A stretch of DNA of 64,000 nucleotides from Octopus vulgaris. Its lineage: Eukaryota. Each line of letters begins with the position of its first letter. Position 1 is the stretch's first letter. The translations under genes were made by a program, and so were the position numbers. Where the stretch lies: assembly GCA_951406725.2 (NCBI GenBank), contig OX597826.1:49414001-49478000 (forward strand). The letters are read 5' to 3'. The notes under the pieces were generated by a model that saw only the letters and a program-made list of their open reading frames with translations, was not told the origin of the DNA and did no database searches. Below are positions 58,512 to 64,000 of this stretch, one piece after another.

Positions 58512-59452
58512 CATACATACATATGCATACGTATCTGCATTTGGATATGAATATATACATATATGTATGTGTGTGTATGCGTCTATGTGTGTTTGTACTC
58601 ATGTGTGCGTTTGTACTCGTACGTTTGTGATCATCTTCTGTATATATTGGGCTTCTTGATGTCCAATAACCTAGTAGGTCATTGAGTGGCTATCGATAGA
58701 ATAAGCACCAGACAGAAATTAGAACGAAGTTCGATAGAAATGACCAAAATGACTGCCTTAAGACAATGTCCCAGCATGGCAGCAGTCAACAGAGCGAGAC
58801 CAAAACACAGTTTGAAGAATATATTAAAAATCTCTTCGACTAAGGAACTGGCAAAGGGAAATTGTTGTTGTTGTTGTTGTTGTTCTTCTTCTTCTTCTTC
58901 TTCTTCTTCTTCTTCTTCTTCTTCTTCTTCTTCTTCTTCTTCTTCTTCTTCTTCTTCTTCTTCCAGCTTTGCTATATAAATTTTTTGTCTGTATCTTTCG
59001 TGGGTCCGACGGTAGACTCTGATTTGGAGGAGATTTGGCTACTATCTTTGGCATGTCAATAACTGCTTACAGGTTCACATCCATTGACCCCAGCAACGCA
59101 AAAGTGGGTAACCATTGGCTGCAAGGAATTCTAATTAAGTCTATGCTGAAAGAGCTTGGTCGATATTTTTGCTGTTTAGCTACGCTCCTGGAGAAGTTCC
59201 TTAACTCTTAACTAAATAATTAAATGTCAATGTTTGACTTCAAGATACAATTTCGACTCCCTTCAATTTCTTCTTTGCAACAATTTTCTCGGCAAGAAAC
59301 TTCCTGAAATATCGCTTTCATGTTTGTTATAAGTTTGTGTGTGTATGTATATGTGTGTTTGTATGTGCGTGTGTTTGTGTGTGTGTATGTTTGAGCGTAT
59401 GTATGGATCTGTGTATGCCTGTGTTCATTAATAATAAACTGCTGGAACGATG

Positions 59453-59522
<70 letters not shown>

Positions 59523-59589
59523 TGTTTGTGTGTGTATATATTATACATATACGAATATATACTATATATATGCATATATATATACATAT

Positions 59590-59628
<39 letters not shown>

Positions 59629-59690
59629 CCTATTTATATATACATATACATAAATATATACATATATATACGTGTATGTACGTATGCATG

Positions 59691-59724
<34 letters not shown>

Positions 59725-59902
59725 TGAATATATGTATGCATGTATGTATGTATGTATGTATGTATGTATGTATGTATGTATCTACGTGTGTGTGTGTATC
59801 TGCCTCTGTGTGTGTTTAGTAATGATAAACTGCTGGAATGATGCAGCTACAAAAAGATATTCGTTTATTACGCGTGTAAGAAAATGAAAGAGTCAAAGTT
59901 AG

Positions 59903-59947
<45 letters not shown>

Positions 59948-60624
59948 AGTGAGAAAATGGTGGTAGCGGGGATGATAGTAAGGAGAAAAATAGAAGGTAA
60001 AAGTTTGTGACCCTAGTATGTGATGTTCTGTCCTCATTTTATGATAATTATTATGTTTGTGTATATCTTTTTTTTTATTTATGGTTGTAATTTTTCTTTT
60101 GATGTTATTTATACATAAAAAGAAAGAAAAGAAATCAATGTGTGTGTGTGTGTGCGGGCGTGAAGGTGTGTGTGTGTGTGCGTGCATGTGTATGTGTGTG
60201 TGTCTGTGTGTGCGTGTGTATGTGTGATGGCAGATATATCAAACACGCGGTCGAATCATTCTCAACAGTTGTTCTGAGCGCAACTATTTGCAGACGACAA
60301 CATGGCCACCGATAACACGGCAGACGATAACAATGTTCAAACTACTGAAGATAGGAAAATGCCTGTTTAAGTTTTTATATGTTAATTTTATTTGTAATCT
60401 GAATAGTTAGAATTTATGTTGAAGCACAAATAATAAAATAAGATCTCCTCGTTTACTATTGTTATTGAATAAGAAAAATAAAGCGAAGAAAGATTAAAAA
60501 CTATCATAATGTCTGAAGAGATATACATTGCCTTTATTCACAATTTCAAACATTGTTCAGAGGACATAAACTTTCAAACTAAAGTTTATAATAAATGTTT
60601 AAACTTTATATTTGTATGTGTGCG

Positions 60625-60689
<65 letters not shown>

Positions 60690-60869
60690 TTGTGTGCGAG
60701 TGTGTATGTATGTGTGTGACTGTGTGTGTGTGTATGTCTGTATGTGTGTATACGTATGTATATGTCTATATGTATAAGTGTGTGCGTATATATAAATATG
60801 TATGTATGTATGTATGTTTGTATGTATGTATGTATGTATGCAATTACACACGCTCTCACACACACACAG

Positions 60870-60938
<69 letters not shown>

Positions 60939-61216
60939 TAAAGCTGTATGAAATAGGATATATACATAATTCTGAGTATTGTATGTACAAATATAAAGCA
61001 CTATAAATGATCTAGAACAGAGAAGGAAGAGAATGTGGACATTAGTGAAAATCAGTTGTCTTGCAGGCGTTAACAGAATGTTTCAGATAAAAGGTAAAGG
61101 AGAAAAATCTATGAGTTGCATAACAGAAATCTGTAGATATGAAAGCTGAAATATAAGTATAGATTCATACATGTGATTGTTAGGAAACCTGGTTGTGTGT
61201 GTGTGTATGTGTGTGT

Positions 61217-61279
<63 letters not shown>

Positions 61280-61286
<7 letters not shown>

Positions 61287-61492
61287 TTGTCCCCCCCCCC
61301 CAAAAAAAACATCGCTTGACAACCAATGCTGATGTGTTTACGTCTCCGTAATATAGCGGTTCGGCAAAAGAGAACCGATGGAATAAGTACTAGGCTTACA
61401 AAGAATAAGTCCTGGGATCGATTTGCTCGACTAAAGGCGGTGCTCCAGCATAGCCAGAGTCAAATGACTGAAACAAGTAAAAGAGTAAAAGA
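61280..61492 (+). mobile_element. SINE family A, 3' half
   Basis: Match to the family A tail; similar halves at 1805-2020 and 55400-55612. Confidence 0.8.
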
Positions 61493-62595
61493 GGAGCTAA
61501 AAGTTGCCAGTTTGTTGAATATAGTCATACACAATGGCCTTATCCAACTAAATGGGACCAGTGGTAAAGTGGGATTTGAAATTATTTTCAACCATTGGAT
61601 TCATAAAACATAACAAATTTGGAAGCTAAAACGATGTGGGCTTTTATTAAACGATACTTTTATTAACATATTTCTTTAAGCATTTTCAACGTCAGTAAGG
61701 TATTTTCAACTATTAAAGAACAGAGAAAGTAAGACAGAGACAGAAGGCGGAGAAAAAGAGAGAGGAAGCGAGAGAGAGAAAGAGAGAGAGGGGAAAGAGC
61801 GAGAAATATAGTGAAGGAGACACGAATGTCTTCCGTATTTTTCCTTCCGTTCTTTCTCTCTCTGCTGTAATTTTTGAAAAGGCCCTCACGGGGATTGAAA
61901 ATTTTAAAGAAAAAAGAAAATTATAAATCTCTCTTTAATTAAAACGACGTTATTTTAGCTTTTAAGTCTGTTTAATTTCGTTGATACAACGCTTGGAAAT
62001 AACCTCAAACACATTGGAAATGTGTGTGTTGTGGGCGTATGTACATCATACCAAGTCACACTTAACGCTACTGGTAACATGTAGCCCAGTATCACCTGTT
62101 GCATGGTCGGGTCATCAATGACTAAATCGGCAACCCTACAAGGGCTACTCGGTAAGGAGAGTGGTTTTCGTTGGACATTCCGCAGGACGAGGAACAAAAC
62201 CTTTCAAAGGGCAGATGAATTCTGTAAAGTCAACAGCAATCCAATAGCTGCGAATGAGAGATATCAAGTCTTTGTTTGGACACCTCTCCCTAGCGATGTA
62301 GACTAGTGCTCTGACGTAGACTGGTTTTTCTTGGGCAATGTATGCGTTGTACAGAGTGAGACTGGCTTGCATACTATGGTTGGCCGTACCTAAAAAAAAA
62401 AAAAAAGGCAAAATATTGTATGGAATATTCCATGACAAAACGGTGGGTATCTTATTAAATTTCATCCAACCACTTGAAGTATTTCATAATGCATGGGCAT
62501 ACAGATATCGGCAGACCATGAAGAGCATGTATGGATCAACTTGTGGAAGACAGGTTGAGAGCATATAGAGACGGCTACAGAAAATTAGGATATAA

Positions 62596-62630
<35 letters not shown>

Positions 62631-62637
62631 TGTATAT

Positions 62638-62842
62638 ACCGCGTATGTATCGTTGGCGATTTTCTTTCTCCGTCTTCCCTTCCTTGGACCTTTCCCTTTT
62701 TATGTTTCTGACGAAGAGCTCCGCTCGGAATGTTAAATCCTCCTTCTTTCTTTCCTTTCCTGAGCGTCCAATAACACTATACTTGTTCCACGTCCTCGTG
62801 TTGTTGTGTTTTCTCTTCGTGTTTTCATGTTTGGATTAACTA
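62638..62842 (+). mobile_element. Short HHR-bearing PLE-type element (subfamily 2)
   Basis: GTTT-CTGACGA-A-GAGC-TCC-GCTC-GGAA-TGTT-AAAT at 62704-62738 (canonical CUGANGA, decayed GAAA and stem III). Confidence 0.7.
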
Positions 62843-62856
62843 TACATACTTATATA

Positions 62857-62914
<58 letters not shown>

Positions 62915-62958
62915 TGTATGTATGTATGTATGTATGTATGTATGTATGTATGTATGTG

Positions 62959-63028
<70 letters not shown>

Positions 63029-64000
63029 CATGCAGAAACGTACTTTTCTTTCTCTGTGCAAGTCAAAGAGCCATTCGTTGTTAGGAACACAAAAATCCAA
63101 GATAACCACCACCAAAACTACAAATGTTCATTACTAATGCATGCAAAAAAAAAAAAAAAGACGATATTTAAATATTAAAAAAAATCAAAAACATGATTAG
63201 CCCTTGAGACATAACAAGAACCCTACTAGTTGTTTCAAGAAAAAGACAAGATATAAAAGAAAACTGAACGAACAGAATATTACACATTATATTCGTGGCC
63301 TTTTGAAGTTTTGTCGTAGGAAAACCTCCCTTCGCTTCCAGGCAATAGTAATTCTTATTACATGGAAGCACCATTTTGTATTTTCTTTTTCTTTTTTTTT
63401 TCGTCTTCTTCAGTCTCCCTGCAGGAATCAAGTCAAATCACACACACCCTCCATCAAGTTTATCATCCAGAAGCTGGCCACCCAACGCGATATTTGCTCT
63501 CTGATCGCTGTACTTTCTTGCTCGCTATATTTACTTCGCCATTACCAGTACTGTGACTAGCCAGTAAGTCAGCCATTATACCTGGTGGCGGTAAAGTTAA
63601 AAATAACCCCAGTTATCTTGTACTCAAAAACACTTCCTTCCGCTTCGGATTATCATTGAAAAATTTCCACAATTATTTTTATGTTGTTGTTGTTGTTGTT
63701 GTTCTTATTGTAGCAGTAGTAGTTGTTGATTTAGTTCTTGCTATTCTGCTCACTAAGTATTTCACTTGTTGCCCTAGAAATGCCATTCATTTATTTTCTG
63801 TGCCACGCAAGTATGTATGCAGCGCGCGTGCGTATGTGTACATACATACATACATACATACATACATACATACATACATACATACATACATACACACACA
63901 CACGTATTTCACGTTCTCTCGGAAGTTTATAAAATTCTTGTGACGTCAGCAACAAACAATACTCGCAAGAAGAAAGTTACTAAAACAGAAATTCGAAAAT

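Overview
Eukaryotic, very AT-rich and microsatellite-saturated intergenic or intronic DNA. The SINE families and repeat density suggest an Octopus (cephalopod) genome, which is an inference. I can support no intact host protein-coding gene. Almost all ORFs in the track are translated microsatellites or a 22-bp minisatellite. The real content is: several tRNA-derived SINE families; remnants of CR1, RTE, R4/Dong, Penelope-like (PLE), Tc1, Tigger/pogo, hAT and Helentron-like elements; and, most notably, a set of non-coding elements carrying type I hammerhead ribozymes (HHRs), mostly inserted into (TA)n tracts. Three divergent ~487-538-bp units (16.1-16.8 kb, 19.6-20.3 kb, 45.3-47.0 kb) are circularly permuted or tandem. 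Each is arranged as an outward-facing inverted pair, carries an HHR with an unusually elongated stem II, and shares ordered cis motifs plus a conserved 3' hairpin. They look like a family of large retrozymes or PLE pseudo-LTR circles. A second, smaller group (~200 bp, 7 copies) carries minimal HHRs. Three long ORF-less fold-back palindromes have the same geometry.
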